Under the pieces are notes generated by a model. That model searched no databases. It saw only the letters and a program-made list of their open reading frames with translations, and was not told the origin of the DNA. DNA of 63,606 nt, the filler included, from Candidatus Sysuiplasma jiujiangense (GTDB lineage: Archaea; Thermoplasmatota; Thermoplasmata; Sysuiplasmatales; Sysuiplasmataceae): assembly GCA_019721075.1 (NCBI GenBank). It is 4 parts of 4 records of this genome, joined end to end, with 100 filler letters (N's around TTAATTAATTAA, not from the genome) between each part and the next. Parts side by side here need not be neighbours in the genome. Positions count along the whole stretch, not along the records: positions 1 to 18,677 come from JAHEAD010000024.1; positions 18,778 to 36,653 come from JAHEAD010000025.1; 2 more parts are not named here. One strand, 5' to 3'. Shown one piece after another: positions 16,971-27,835 of this stretch; position 1 is the first letter of the stretch; each line of letters begins with the position of its first letter. A program made the translations under genes and the position numbers.

Positions 16971-17381
16971 TCATGGCGACACCCCCAGGTCATTCATGAA
17001 CTCCAGCACGAGGGCGCGAACTCTTATGCGCAGCTTCTCTTCCTCCTGGGTCAATGTGTTTTCCCCAGGATCCACGATCCCCTCAACATCTTTCCTTTCA
17101 TACAGCGCAAGGACCAGCACCTTCCGGAACCGGTTGTCGAGAAAGTCTTTCACCAAGTTGCCTCTCACTTCCATCTTTCTTTTCATCAGAGCGTATTCCT
17201 GATTGAGGCCAGAATCTATCAGCCTCTCCAGTTCTTTCTGTTCTTCCCTGGCAGCTTCGCTAAGGAGGAGGTAAAAATCAGAAGACGGAAGCTTCTGGAG
17301 TCTTTTTCCTTTTGTTTCCCTGTTGACCAGGGCCGGAAGATCTGAAAGTATCTTTTCCGTGCGGTTCGCTGAGTGAATCAT
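16971..17381 (-). CDS. GINS A-domain-like protein
   Basis: LQKLPSSDFY...RFRKVLVLA...LTQEEEKL resembles the archaeal GINS helical domain. Confidence 0.6.
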   Translation of the reverse strand: MIHSANRTEKILSDLPALVNRETKGKRLQKLPSSDFYLLLSEAAREEQKELERLIDSGLNQEYALMKRKMEVRGNLVKDFLDNRFRKVLVLALYERKDVEGIVDPGENTLTQEEEKLRIRVRALVLEFMNDLGVSP

Positions 17382-17725
17382 CTTCTCCCCCTCCTGTAAG
17401 GCCTCTGCTCTGGCCATCTTCCCTCGCGAAAACGCTTCTGCTTCCTTACAAAGTTATCCCTCAGAACTCTTTGCTCTGGATCCTTTGAGGCCGGCATGGT
17501 GTACTTGATCCTTAGGGGGTTTCGCCCAACAACAGTACAATCCTTCTCATGCCTTTCCAGGAAGACCCTGAATTGATCCTCAGCTTCCAGGAGATCGTAT
17601 CCTATTATGGTCACTATTTCCCGGCAATTCATCAGGTCAGGCGTGGAAGTCTCGATCCCGGATCTGGACTCCATGAAGCGATCAAGTACGTTCTTGATCT
17701 TCTCCTGGTCACAAGCTGGGATCAT
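17378..17725 (-). CDS. Hypothetical protein
   Basis: GGAGGTG SD before MIPAC; ATGA overlaps at both ends. Confidence 0.6.
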   Translation of the reverse strand: MIPACDQEKIKNVLDRFMESRSGIETSTPDLMNCREIVTIIGYDLLEAEDQFRVFLERHEKDCTVVGRNPLRIKYTMPASKDPEQRVLRDNFVRKQKRFREGRWPEQRPYRRGRR

Positions 17726-17871
17726 TCGAGCACCTCCAGGAGACCTCCAAGGCTTTTCGGGAGCTCTCTCAGGGGCCACCTCATGGCGTATCTCTTTTCT
17801 AGCTCCTCAATGACTGTCGGCGGGACAAGGTTGCCCTGGATTATGCTGCTCTTTGGAATCGTTTCTAGCAT
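17722..17871 (-). CDS. Small hypothetical protein (49 aa, MLETIPKSS...)
   Basis: Hand-translated; GAGGTG SD; ATGA overlap. Confidence 0.45.
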   Translation of the reverse strand: MLETIPKSSIIQGNLVPPTVIEELEKRYAMRWPLRELPKSLGGLLEVLE

Positions 17872-18162
17872 GACACAAAACACCTCGCACCCATGTCGTC
17901 GAATCCCTCTCCCCGCGCTTTAAACTATTTGGAGAATATAGTTTTAATATGTATAACGGAATACAATCTCTTCCCATATTGACTCAAGCTTTAGTTTTGG
18001 ATAATCTGCTTTCCACCTGAAGGAAGAGTTTGCGACATATCCAACATCTCTTAGCGCTCCAAATTCTCTTTTGTCATAAAATCAGATTTTCGCTCAATAT
18101 ACTCTTCGTAAAGAGATTCATGAAAAGGGTAATTTCAATAGGAAGATTGCATTTTGATAATT

Positions 18163-18677
18163 ATGGAGCCATCCGCCACGGATTCTGACAAGATGAGGTT
18201 TGCTCTTCTCATAGATGCTGAAAATGCACGGCCAACTCTCATAGACTCGGTGATCGATGAGGTCGGCAAATACGGGTACATTATCATAAAGCGGATATAT
18301 GGCGATTTTACCATGCCAAATATGAATCCCTGGAAGAAAGTGGTAACAGATCTGGCAATACAGCCTGTACTTCAGCTGCACAATGTTTCCGGCAAGAATT
18401 CATCCGATTTTGCTATGACAATCGATGCCATGGACATCCTTTACAGCAAGGAAATAGACGCCTTCTGTCTGGTTTCAAGCGATAGCGATTTCACCAGACT
18501 CGTGACCAGGTTGAGAGAAAATGGCAAATTTGTCATGGGGGTAGGGAAAAAGGGAACATCGTCATCACTGGTGAACGCGTGCAACGTGTTCGTCTTTACG
18601 GAGATTCTCGAGAGCACGGAGAAAGAAGCCAAGTCCAAGATCAGGACACCCAAGAGAGAATCACTGAAGAGCGACGA
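18163..18677 (+). CDS. NYN (LabA/DUF88) domain protein, truncated at the contig end
   Basis: LIDAEN, GKNSSD, DAMD, LVSSDSDF motifs. Confidence 0.9.
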
Positions 18678-18777
18678 NNNNNNNNNNNNNNNNNNNNNNN
18701 NNNNNNNNNNNNNNNNNNNNNTTAATTAATTAANNNNNNNNNNNNNNNNNNNNNNNNNNNNNNNNNNNNNNNNNNNN
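18678..18777. other. Artificial contig spacer
   Basis: N-run containing TTAATTAATTAA. Confidence 0.99.
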
Positions 18778-19257
18778 ATACTACTAACTATTTAGACTCT
18801 TCGGTCCGAGCACACTGGCAATTCAAAAATCGAATCAAAAACGCTTATTTTCCTAACCCTTTATGGCCGCCATAGCCCCAGAGTTGGCCGGATCAACGTA
18901 TAATACTGCAGAAGAAGTACAGTACACAGCAGATTCCACGCGTAACTGCTGTGGAATGGAGTTGCGATGCGCATCTTGGCTACAGAACAGTTGAGGAATG
19001 CGATCTGCAGTGCTGTTCTACAACAGAGGGCTGGATGACCACACAGCCCGTTGTGTGAATGAAATCCGGCACCATTTCAGTTAAGCCGTAATCCGCAGCA
19101 AAAATAAATTTCCTTCCTGCGAATACATTTTTCCAGTCCTGAAGACTGGTTCTTGCCGATTTGAATCCTATTTCCGCGCGGAAGTCGGAAGAGAGATAAC
19201 CAATCCTTCATCGATTTAAGGAACCAATTTAATAGTTCAAACATTTACGAGTTTTTC

Positions 19258-19773
19258 ATGATGGCGGAGGGCATTGAGGAGTCAAAGCGATTCTTCACTT
19301 CGGGTGTCGCGCTTGTCACTGCTTCATTCCGTGGAACAGAGAACGTTATGTCTGCTGAGTGGTCTCTTCGTGTATCGATCGAGCCGTATCTTGTTGCCGT
19401 CTTTGTCGGTTTTGAGAGAGGGACGCTCCCACTGATAGACAGATCCGGTGAATTCGGGCTGAGCTACTGTTCTGAAGATCAGGCATTACTTGCACATGTG
19501 GCGGGAAGATATTCAATCAACGAAGGAACAGAGAAATGGACAATGGCTGAATTCAGGAAGTTCAGGGGAAAATTCATTGAGGCGCCGCTTATCGGCGGAT
19601 GCACGCTCAATCTCGAGTGCAGGGTTGTAAACCGTTTTGTCACCGGAGACCACGTCGAATTTGTAGGTGAGGTGCTCAACGCATTCTACGACAGTGAAAA
19701 GAAGCCGCTGATATACAGGGGCGGAAAGTATTTCAAAATCGGTGAAAGTGTCCAAAAAGAGGGGATGGACTGA
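19258..19773 (+). CDS. Flavin reductase family protein
   Basis: GVALVT...LECRV...GDHVEFVGEV...PLIY. Confidence 0.9.
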   Translation: MMAEGIEESKRFFTSGVALVTASFRGTENVMSAEWSLRVSIEPYLVAVFVGFERGTLPLIDRSGEFGLSYCSEDQALLAHVAGRYSINEGTEKWTMAEFRKFRGKFIEAPLIGGCTLNLECRVVNRFVTGDHVEFVGEVLNAFYDSEKKPLIYRGGKYFKIGESVQKEGMD

Positions 19774-19825
19774 ATTACCTTCGCCAGAGGATTCATTCGC
19801 TGTCGCAGAGGGCCGGTTAAGAGGG

Positions 19826-20272
19826 CTATTCATTTTTTGCTGTTTCTCTTGCCATCAGAGTTCCATCGGGAAAAATTACCACCCGCATATCCAGCTGAAT
19901 TATCCCGTTCCTGACGGATCGCCCGGAAGCAGTTCTTATCAGCGAAACTATGTCAATTGCACTGCTCTTAAGCCTTATTTCTGCCCTGTCAGCCTCTTCA
20001 ATGACCGTTCTCGCCGCGGTGAGTATATGTACACCGTTCTCCAGCTCGATCACCCTTGCAATGCCCGCCTTTGATGCTATCGCTACAGCCTCCTCAGCTG
20101 CCTTGAGATTTCTGATTGCCCTCGCCTCAAGTATTGAAACATTCTGACGGGAGGTGCCCAGGATATGTGCAATCTCTTTCTGGGTCTTATGCATTGAACG
20201 CAGTTTCAGTATCTCCCTTTGCCTGCTGGTCAGTATCCCCCGTTCACTCCGATTGCTGTTCGACCGGGACAT
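19826..20272 (-). CDS. Tfx-family HTH regulator
   Basis: LTSRQREILKLR...TQKEIAHILGTSRQNVSILEARA. Confidence 0.85.
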   Translation of the reverse strand: MSRSNSNRSERGILTSRQREILKLRSMHKTQKEIAHILGTSRQNVSILEARAIRNLKAAEEAVAIASKAGIARVIELENGVHILTAARTVIEEADRAEIRLKSSAIDIVSLIRTASGRSVRNGIIQLDMRVVIFPDGTLMARETAKNE

Positions 20273-20362
20273 GTTTATTCCCCGTTTTTTGCATCTACTT
20301 TTGTTTGCTTTATGGCAATAAGAAAGCATATTTATAAACTTCCGGCACATATCCTGTCCGGT

Positions 20363-21382
20363 ATGCGCTCAAAGCGCCTGATTTCGATATTCATAGTGAT
20401 TTCGGTTGTTGCTGCGGCTTCAGCCTACACCGTCCTCACCCATGGGCAGAAGCGGCAGCTTATCGTCTACACGGCAGACGCATATGTCAGGGAGACAAAT
20501 TATCTGCTCGCGCAGTTCCATTCGTCCACAGGCAACCCGGTCGCACCTGCCAGAGGCGGCGGCTCCTACACCGATGCGAGGGAAATAGGACAGGGTGCGC
20601 CGGCTGACATACTGATTTCGGTCGCCCTTAACGCCTACCAGAGAAATTACCTCGGGGCAAGATACAGCGGCTGGGCGGTTGCGTTTGCAGCTGATCAAAT
20701 GGTCATCTCATATTCCAACGCGACACTTAACTCCACTGCCGCAGTGCACGTAATTCATGCGTTTCAAAATGCATCCGCGAGCAATAGCAGTTCCGCATTC
20801 TACGGTGCATTTTACAACCTCACATCGGGCCGGATAAAGGTGGGAATTTCGAACCCGGACAGCGATCCTGCAGGACTAAGGGCATATCTGGCGCTTGAGA
20901 TTGCCGGCTTCCTCTACGCGGGGAATCAGTCTTACTTTCTCCAGAGGGCATCAGACAACAATGGGACCGTGTCAGCGTCAAACGCCGCTGAACTCGTATC
21001 ACCGCTGGAGTTCGGGAGCATACAGTTCCTCTTCATATACAGGTCAGCTGCCATATCGGACCACATCCGGTATATTACGCTCCCCCCGCAGCTGAATCAG
21101 GGCGATCCAAACCTCAGTGCTTTCTATTCCCGATTCTCATACACACTTGTCGGAGGATCTGTAAACGCCTCCCCGGTCTATCTCTTCGTTTCCGTAATGG
21201 CAAACTCTTCACTCAACGCGGAGGCGTACTCCTTCACTTATTTCCTGCTGAACAGCTCCTCCGAGCTGGAGAATTTCGGGCTGATGGCGCTGAAAGTGCC
21301 GCTGCTGTTTTACAACAAAATGCCGCAGCAGTTCTCGAATATGATTAGGGAGGGTGAAATGGATGTCGGAGGCACGCTCTGA
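20363..21382 (+). CDS. wtpA: Molybdate/tungstate ABC transporter substrate-binding protein (WtpA/ModA-like)
   Basis: GGS...AREI, SNPDSDPAGLRA, FIYRSAA. Confidence 0.75.
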   Translation: MRSKRLISIFIVISVVAAASAYTVLTHGQKRQLIVYTADAYVRETNYLLAQFHSSTGNPVAPARGGGSYTDAREIGQGAPADILISVALNAYQRNYLGARYSGWAVAFAADQMVISYSNATLNSTAAVHVIHAFQNASASNSSSAFYGAFYNLTSGRIKVGISNPDSDPAGLRAYLALEIAGFLYAGNQSYFLQRASDNNGTVSASNAAELVSPLEFGSIQFLFIYRSAAISDHIRYITLPPQLNQGDPNLSAFYSRFSYTLVGGSVNASPVYLFVSVMANSSLNAEAYSFTYFLLNSSSELENFGLMALKVPLLFYNKMPQQFSNMIREGEMDVGGTL

Positions 21383-21440
21383 TAAACAGGGCTGCCTGCG
21401 CATAATCCACCGTTGCGCCGGAATGTCCTACTGAACACAT

Positions 21441-22265
21441 ATGCAGGTAAAAATGATGAACGGAAACTCAGGAAGCAGACTTGACTTCATAGGCATCTGG
21501 TCGGCAGCATCGGTTTTGTTTCTAGCGGTGCCTATAGCCATTCTGGTATGGTACGGCCTGGTCGTCTTCAGGAGCTCCGTCGGCTTCGGCAGCACTGTCT
21601 TCTATTCAATAGAGCTTACCATAATATCTTCAGCAGTATCGTCCCTGGTCGTATTCCTTGCATTCACACCCGCAGCATATGACCTTGCCAGAAAGAGAAA
21701 CCCGGGACTTGAAACACTTTCGGATCTTCCAGCCTCGATACCGCATCCCATAGTGGGAATTTCGCTCCTCCTCCTGGACAGCAACATTACGCCGGCGGGC
21801 AGATTTCTACAGTCAGTCGGCATAAACTTCTTTGACACCTTCCAGGGACTCGTGATAGCACTGATGTTTGTTTCTGCACCGATATACATTCGCGCTGCAC
21901 AGTCGCTATTCTCCTCCGCCGGATACCAGCAGGAACTCTTTGCCTCCTCGCTCGGTGCATCAAGAACGAGGACATTATTCACCGTGCTTGTCCCGTCCCA
22001 CGCAAGAGAGCTTCTTTCGATAACACTTACATCCATGAGCCGTGCAATGAGCGAGTTCGGTTCAATTGCAATCATCGCGTATTACATCAATCAGGTGCCC
22101 TTCAGGGGGATAGAGCCCGCGCCGGTGCTCATCTACGAATACTACGGCTATTACGGTCCACAGGTTGCAATTACAGCCGCATCGCTCATGATACTGTTTT
22201 CCATCTCCATTCTCGTAATTGTCAGGATACTGAAAATACATGATAGGAAAGCACAATTCCGTTAA
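21441..22265 (+). CDS. wtpB: Molybdate/tungstate ABC transporter permease
   Basis: DLPASIPHPIVGI, ASSLGAS loop, SRAMSEFG. Confidence 0.8.
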   Translation: MQVKMMNGNSGSRLDFIGIWSAASVLFLAVPIAILVWYGLVVFRSSVGFGSTVFYSIELTIISSAVSSLVVFLAFTPAAYDLARKRNPGLETLSDLPASIPHPIVGISLLLLDSNITPAGRFLQSVGINFFDTFQGLVIALMFVSAPIYIRAAQSLFSSAGYQQELFASSLGASRTRTLFTVLVPSHARELLSITLTSMSRAMSEFGSIAIIAYYINQVPFRGIEPAPVLIYEYYGYYGPQVAITAASLMILFSISILVIVRILKIHDRKAQFR

Positions 22266-22309
22266 CTGCCCAAAAACTTAAACAAGTTAAACGCTGTGGA
22301 ATGTGGATT

Positions 22310-22906
22310 ATGCTGAAAGCAGTGTGCAGAAAGAGGCTTGACAGTTTCCTGCTCAATGCCGAAATGACTGACAGTGGTATGATCTTTCTTACGGGACCGA
22401 ACGGTTCAGGCAAGACAACCTTTCTGATGTGTCTTGCCGGGCATTATACGCTGGATGAGGGACTGATTGAACACAACGGTGTCGAAATGACCGGCAGGCC
22501 GCCGCCGTACAGAAAATTCGTCTACATCGACCACAATTCCGTCTTCATGCACATGTCCGTTGATAAACACCTGAGATGGGCAATGGGGGCAGACAGCAAC
22601 GATGCTCTGCTGGAGACAGTGAAGGCCAGGCTGCATGTAAATTTCGCGGGGAAGGTTCGTGACCTGAGCCTCGGGCAGAGAACCAGGGTGTCAATAGCCA
22701 CCGCAGTCCTGTCCGGCCCGAACGCGCTGCTGCTCGATGAGGTCGTCTCCAGCATAAACGAAAGGCTCGGCTTCCTGGCAGAACTGAAAGAGCTGTCGGT
22801 TTCGCGCGGCTTCGATGTCATCTATGTTACACAGGAACGCAATGACGGAGCCGTCGCGGATCATCAGTATGTCATGGAGAAGGGGAGGCTCAGCAGGATT
22901 GAATAA
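22310..22906 (+). CDS. ABC transporter ATP-binding subunit (short)
   Basis: GPNGSGKT, LSLGQ, LLLDE. Confidence 0.85.
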   Translation: MLKAVCRKRLDSFLLNAEMTDSGMIFLTGPNGSGKTTFLMCLAGHYTLDEGLIEHNGVEMTGRPPPYRKFVYIDHNSVFMHMSVDKHLRWAMGADSNDALLETVKARLHVNFAGKVRDLSLGQRTRVSIATAVLSGPNALLLDEVVSSINERLGFLAELKELSVSRGFDVIYVTQERNDGAVADHQYVMEKGRLSRIE

Positions 22907-22962
22907 GCTGCCATAAGCTGCCATTTCATGCGGCGGATGTTTTACCGTATTGCCGCAGGACT

Positions 22963-24291
22963 CTACTGCGGACTTTTCTCAATCCAGGTTGTCTTCAGAT
23001 TTGTAAATTCAAGCAGGCCGTATCTTGAAAGTTCCCTGCCGTAGCCGCTTTTCTTCACACCGCCAAACGGCACACGCGGATCTGATGCTACAATTTTGTT
23101 GACGAATACCATTCCTGCATCGATGAATGGAGCGAGCTTTTCGGCCTCGTCCGCATCGCCCCAGATGGAACAGCCAAGACCAAAGGGCGTTTCGTTGGCT
23201 AACCGCACGGCCTCGTCGCTGTTACGGAATTTTCTGAGAACGGCCACGGGTCCGAAGATTTCCTCATCATACGGCTCTGATGGCGAGGCGATGACGGGAT
23301 GGATGACATTCCCGTCGCCGCCACCATGCGGGTGAACAGGTCCCAGCTTTCCGAGCTCTTGAATCTGCTTCCTTACGGTTTCTGCCTGCTGTGCTGACGA
23401 AAGGGGGCCGAGGAATGTGCTCTCCTTCATGGGGTCGCCGATTGCAACTGAGGAAAACTGCCTCCTGAGTTCCTCCTGGAATTCATCATATACATTCTCG
23501 CTGACAATGAAGCGCTTCGATGCAATGCAGCTCTGTCCTGCATTCTGAAGCCTTCCAATTGCGGCGTGTTTTGCAGTCTTCCTTATGTCTGCGCCATCCA
23601 GAACTATGAAAGGGTCGGATCCTCCGAGTTCAAGTACGCTTTTCCTGATCAGGCTGCCGGCCTTTTCCGCTATTTTGCTGCCTGCGGCAGTCGAACCCGT
23701 GAACGAAACGCCGTCGACATATCTTATTGCCTCAAGCGCATCGGGTCCCTTCAATATTACCGATTTGAAGAGCGGCGTGTCGAATATACGCTGGATAAGG
23801 AGACTTGTGCCGCTCACTATGGACGCATGTTTCAGCACTACGCCGTTTCCCGCTATGAGTGCCGGAACGGCTGCCCTCATAACCTGCCAGAGAGGATAAT
23901 TCCAGGGCATTACGAGCATCACCACACCTATTGGATCGAAGCGGATATAGCTCCTGGCAGCATCTGTTTTTACTTGTTCCGGCTCAAGAAAAGAAGAGGC
24001 TTTTTCCAGGTAGAAATCCAGAAGACTGAAACACTTCCTTACCTCCGCAAGACTCTGCGAGATTGGTTTCCCCATTTCGAGAGTCATCGATTCGGCCATT
24101 TCGCGCTCCGATTCCTTCAGGTTTTTCAGGAGGGTGTTCCCAACATAGTCGATCCTCCTGCCCAAATCCCTTTTCCATTCGGATTGTGAAACCCTGATTC
24201 CATGAATCTTCTTTGCGACAGATTCAATGGCCTCCTCCTCGTATTCGTTCAGTTTTTCCCCGCTGTACGGATTAACCGTCCTGATAGACAC
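22963..24291 (-). CDS. gabD: NAD(P)-dependent succinate-semialdehyde dehydrogenase-like ALDH
   Basis: MPWNYP, FTGS, LELGGSDP, NAGQSC, PFGGVKKSG; probable GTG start. Confidence 0.85.
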   Translation of the reverse strand: MSIRTVNPYSGEKLNEYEEEAIESVAKKIHGIRVSQSEWKRDLGRRIDYVGNTLLKNLKESEREMAESMTLEMGKPISQSLAEVRKCFSLLDFYLEKASSFLEPEQVKTDAARSYIRFDPIGVVMLVMPWNYPLWQVMRAAVPALIAGNGVVLKHASIVSGTSLLIQRIFDTPLFKSVILKGPDALEAIRYVDGVSFTGSTAAGSKIAEKAGSLIRKSVLELGGSDPFIVLDGADIRKTAKHAAIGRLQNAGQSCIASKRFIVSENVYDEFQEELRRQFSSVAIGDPMKESTFLGPLSSAQQAETVRKQIQELGKLGPVHPHGGGDGNVIHPVIASPSEPYDEEIFGPVAVLRKFRNSDEAVRLANETPFGLGCSIWGDADEAEKLAPFIDAGMVFVNKIVASDPRVPFGGVKKSGYGRELSRYGLLEFTNLKTTWIEKSPQ

Positions 24292-24677
24292 TGCTTCATC
24301 TCCTATTTCCTTCGGTAAAGTCAACCATAAAGACACGGGATCCTCGCACATATATAGCTAAGCCTGCCGGCGGCGCGCTGCCAAAACTCAATGAGCCGAT
24401 ATTTTCCAGTGAATCGCCTTCCACCATCATCCCGGCACTTCACTCCGGGCATCCGGCACAACGCACAGTCGGGCACTCTGTCATACTGAGTCGATTCGCC
24501 ATTTGTCACTTAATATATCAAAATTGCCGGCCTTCTCAGAAGCTGCTGTCCTCTCCAATAACTGCGCTGCCCGGATAAATGAGTTTATGGATGAAAACAG
24601 CATATCATTACGGAACTGAATTAAGCGTCAGGAAAATTATTTATCAGGTATGAACATCGTTCGTGAGGTGCGTCTTC

Positions 24678-25859
24678 TTGTCAACTGTGACGATAATAGG
24701 AGGAGCGGGCCTTGTGAGCAGGGGGGTTGCATATGATCTCGCCTCTGATGACAGCATAGAGGAAATAAGAATTGCTGACATTGATGCGGAAGGCGCGAAG
24801 AAAGTTGCGCTTGAAGCGAACAGAATTGCCGGATGGAAGAAGGCAGCGGCATCAAGGATCGATGTTCTGAAAAAAAAGGAATCGCTGAGCGTGCTGAAGG
24901 GCACGGACTTCATTGTCAACGGAGTGCAGTATGACTTCAATCTTGAAGTCATGGATCTGGCGCTGAAGGCGGGCAGCCATTACCTTGACTTCGGCGGTCT
25001 TTACTGGATGACAAAGAAGCAGCTGCGCCTGAACGGTGCCTTCCGGAAAGCCGGTCTGCTCGGTATAGCCGGAATGGGGGCGGAGCCGGGACTGAGCGGT
25101 GTTCTCGCATCTTCCCTGTGCGGTGGAATGGAGAGCGTCGATACAATCAAAATAAGAGACGCATGGAGGGATAACACAAAGGGGGTTCCGCCTTTTTTTG
25201 TTACATGGTCGATACAGACCCTGATGGATGAGTACACAATGCCTGCAGAAATTTTCGAGGACGGCTTGATAAGAAGGGTTGATCCGCTGTCAATGAAAGA
25301 ATCCTACGATTTTCCGGTACCAGTCGGCACTACAGAAGTTTTTGTAACAAGGCACAGCGAGGTGGCAACCTTTCCAGGATCTTTCCGCAAAAAAGGTATC
25401 AGGAAGGTCAACTGGATGGAGGGAGGCCCCGGCTTTATCGAGCAGAAACTGCTGGCTGATGCCGGTTTTGCGGATGGTGAGCCTCTCCGGATTGGCGGAT
25501 GTGAAATTTCCCCGAGAAGATTTCTTACAGGCCTGCTGAAAAAAAAGGGACTGCTTGGCTACCCTGATAAGGTAAGAATAGAAAGCGTGGAGTGTCTTTG
25601 CGTTGAAGTTTCCGGGATCGAGAAGGGAGAAACGGCCATGAAGAGGGCGACATGCGTGTTCCCTTCCAAACCGGAATGGGGACTCGGTGCCGCAGAATAC
25701 TCTGTATGCATGCCTGCGGCCGTGGCGGTCAGGCATGTGCTATCGGGGAAGGTGGCGGAGAGAGGCGTAAAGCCGCCGGAAGTGCTCTTTGACACTGAAT
25801 GTTTCATATCCGACCTGAGACAGAAAGGATTCCGGATCGGTGTGGAGAAAATAGAGTGA
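24678..25859 (+). CDS. Saccharopine dehydrogenase/carboxyspermidine synthase-family oxidoreductase
   Basis: IIGGAGLV, HYLDFGG, GMGAEPGLS, HSEVAT. Confidence 0.85.
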   Translation: MSTVTIIGGAGLVSRGVAYDLASDDSIEEIRIADIDAEGAKKVALEANRIAGWKKAAASRIDVLKKKESLSVLKGTDFIVNGVQYDFNLEVMDLALKAGSHYLDFGGLYWMTKKQLRLNGAFRKAGLLGIAGMGAEPGLSGVLASSLCGGMESVDTIKIRDAWRDNTKGVPPFFVTWSIQTLMDEYTMPAEIFEDGLIRRVDPLSMKESYDFPVPVGTTEVFVTRHSEVATFPGSFRKKGIRKVNWMEGGPGFIEQKLLADAGFADGEPLRIGGCEISPRRFLTGLLKKKGLLGYPDKVRIESVECLCVEVSGIEKGETAMKRATCVFPSKPEWGLGAAEYSVCMPAAVAVRHVLSGKVAERGVKPPEVLFDTECFISDLRQKGFRIGVEKIE

Positions 25860-26080
25860 CACTCTGCATCATGCACGCATCTCCGCAGCATCGCAATTGT
25901 CCTGCCGGCAGATGAAAAGCCGGAGAGGTTCATGTGCTTTGCATATTGTTCATAAACCAATTAATTTCGATATACATTTTCCAGTAAAAAGAAACAAATG
26001 ATAAACTTTAAATAAATACATTCCACCTATTCCATGTCAACAGTTGCGGCATTTGACGAAACTGGGCCGGAGGTGTTGCT

Positions 26081-27454
26081 ATGGTTGTTTCAGCTTCAAG
26101 GGAAAAGACTGAAGGAAAGGATGAGGGCACGCGAATAACGAGGGAATACAACTACGGGACCTGGAGAAAGCAGGGAGGGTGGAATCCCAAACTTATCGTT
26201 TCCGCCGAGGGCTGTTATTTCACCGATTCGGAGGGTAAAAAGTACCTGGATTTCTCGTCGCAGCTCATGTGCTCGAATCTCGGGCATGGAAACAGGGCTG
26301 TGATCGATGCCATAGTAAAGCAGGCCAACGAGCTTCCATACATATCGCCTGAATTCACCACAAATGCAAGAGTGGAACTCACAAAGAAACTGCTGGAGGT
26401 GCTGCCTGACAATCTTGTAAAATTCTTCTTCGGGACGTCAGGGACAGAAGCAAATGAAGCGGCTGTCAAAATGATTCGCATGTACTTTCAGAAAGAGGGA
26501 AAATTCAAAGTTATCAGCAGATACGTCTCATACCACGGGTCAACAGCAGCCAGCATAGCCCTTACGGGCGATCAGAGAAGGTATTCCTCTGAAACGCCTG
26601 GCAATGCCGGCGGTGTCGTCAGGGCACCGGACCCGTACTGCTACAGGTGCCCTTTCAACCTCAAATATCCGGAGTGCGGCATCGCCTGCGTTGAATACAT
26701 AGACTACATGATAAAACACGAGGGAAATATCGCCGGCGTCATGGTCGAACCGATAACGGGCACCAACGGCGTGATTGTCCCGCCCGATGGCTACATGCAG
26801 AGGCTCAGGGAGATTACAAGGGATCGCGGTGTTTTTCTGATTGCTGATGAGGTAATGTCCGGATGGGGAAGGGCAGGCGAATGGTTTGCTGTGAACAAAT
26901 GGAAGGTGAAACCGGACATAATGACAACAGCAAAGGGGATTACGGGTGCCTACATTCCACTGTCTCTCACTGCGACATCAAAGGAAGTTGCTGACTACTT
27001 CGAAGACAACATGTTTGCACATGGACACACCTATGAAGCACATCCGCTCACTCTGCTTCCGGCGGTAGCGGCAATTGAAGAGTACCAGAGGATGCATCTT
27101 ATCGAGGCGTCTGCGAGAAACGGCAGGTACCTGGGCGAACGACTGCACGAGCTGGAAGAAAGGCATGAGAGCGTAGGCGACGTCAGGGGAGCCGGCATGT
27201 TCTGGGCCGTTGAACTCGTAAAGAACAGGAAGACGAGGGAACCGTTCAACACGAGGGAGGACAAGCTTGCGGGCCGGCAGACAGTTGCAGGCAGGGTAGC
27301 CCAGGAGATGGGCAGGAACGGTGTTTTTGTCAATTCATGGATAACACATCTGACAGTGGCTCCACCCCTCATTGCAGGGAAGGACGATATCGACCGTGGT
27401 GTTGAAGCGCTGGATGCTGCGCTGAAGGTTTCTGACGAGCTTGCCGTGAATTGA
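26081..27454 (+). CDS. Class III PLP aminotransferase (omega-amine type)
   Basis: SGTEANE, SYHG, IADEVMSGWGR, TAKG. Confidence 0.9.
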   Translation: MVVSASREKTEGKDEGTRITREYNYGTWRKQGGWNPKLIVSAEGCYFTDSEGKKYLDFSSQLMCSNLGHGNRAVIDAIVKQANELPYISPEFTTNARVELTKKLLEVLPDNLVKFFFGTSGTEANEAAVKMIRMYFQKEGKFKVISRYVSYHGSTAASIALTGDQRRYSSETPGNAGGVVRAPDPYCYRCPFNLKYPECGIACVEYIDYMIKHEGNIAGVMVEPITGTNGVIVPPDGYMQRLREITRDRGVFLIADEVMSGWGRAGEWFAVNKWKVKPDIMTTAKGITGAYIPLSLTATSKEVADYFEDNMFAHGHTYEAHPLTLLPAVAAIEEYQRMHLIEASARNGRYLGERLHELEERHESVGDVRGAGMFWAVELVKNRKTREPFNTREDKLAGRQTVAGRVAQEMGRNGVFVNSWITHLTVAPPLIAGKDDIDRGVEALDAALKVSDELAVN

Positions 27455-27835
27455 GCTGACTGTACAGACAAATTGCAGGCTGAGGATGCATAACACCGAG
27501 TATGTTTTGGCGACTTTCCGGACAGCTGATTTGCCGACAGCACAACGGAGATTCAGGAGATATCCGGTCCAGAGACCGGAAAAGCGGTCGCCGCTTTCGA
27601 GCGAAGAATAAGCAGGTGGAAGAGCGGTTGAGGCCGTCACAGCTACGGGCTGTGGCCGGCGCGCTATGCGAACAGCTGAAATTGTGCACTGGTCAGCAGG
27701 TCTCGGCGAAATGAGACCGGCAGGAAGACACAGCCGCTCATTCCCAGGGAGTGCCATCGTATTCAGTTTTCCACTTAGAGGAAGACCGTGGCATGAGGAT
27801 GACGCCGGAGGCAATGCAACAACATTTATTTCATT

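Larger units (their letters stand above)
93..17871 (-). mobile_element. Element A: virus-like or transfer element (morphogenesis, cargo and replication/regulation modules); ends not defined
   Basis: Co-oriented, stop/start-coupled genes including ArdC-like, Zot-like ATPase, PKD surface protein, PCNA-like and GINS-like; collinear with 36754-50950. Confidence 0.75.

Noticed and set aside
16720..16974. 84-aa ORF across the AT-rich region
   Set aside because: Low-complexity L/I/F/K composition; better explained as non-coding regulatory DNA
18678..18777. TTAATTAATTAA palindrome within N-runs (also 36654-36753 and 52581-52680)
   Set aside because: Artificial contig linker; adjacency across it has no biological meaning
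18865..18900. GGCCGCCATAGC... resembling a tRNA or 5S rRNA 5' end
   Set aside because: No T-arm or acceptor-stem complement follows; a cloverleaf cannot be built
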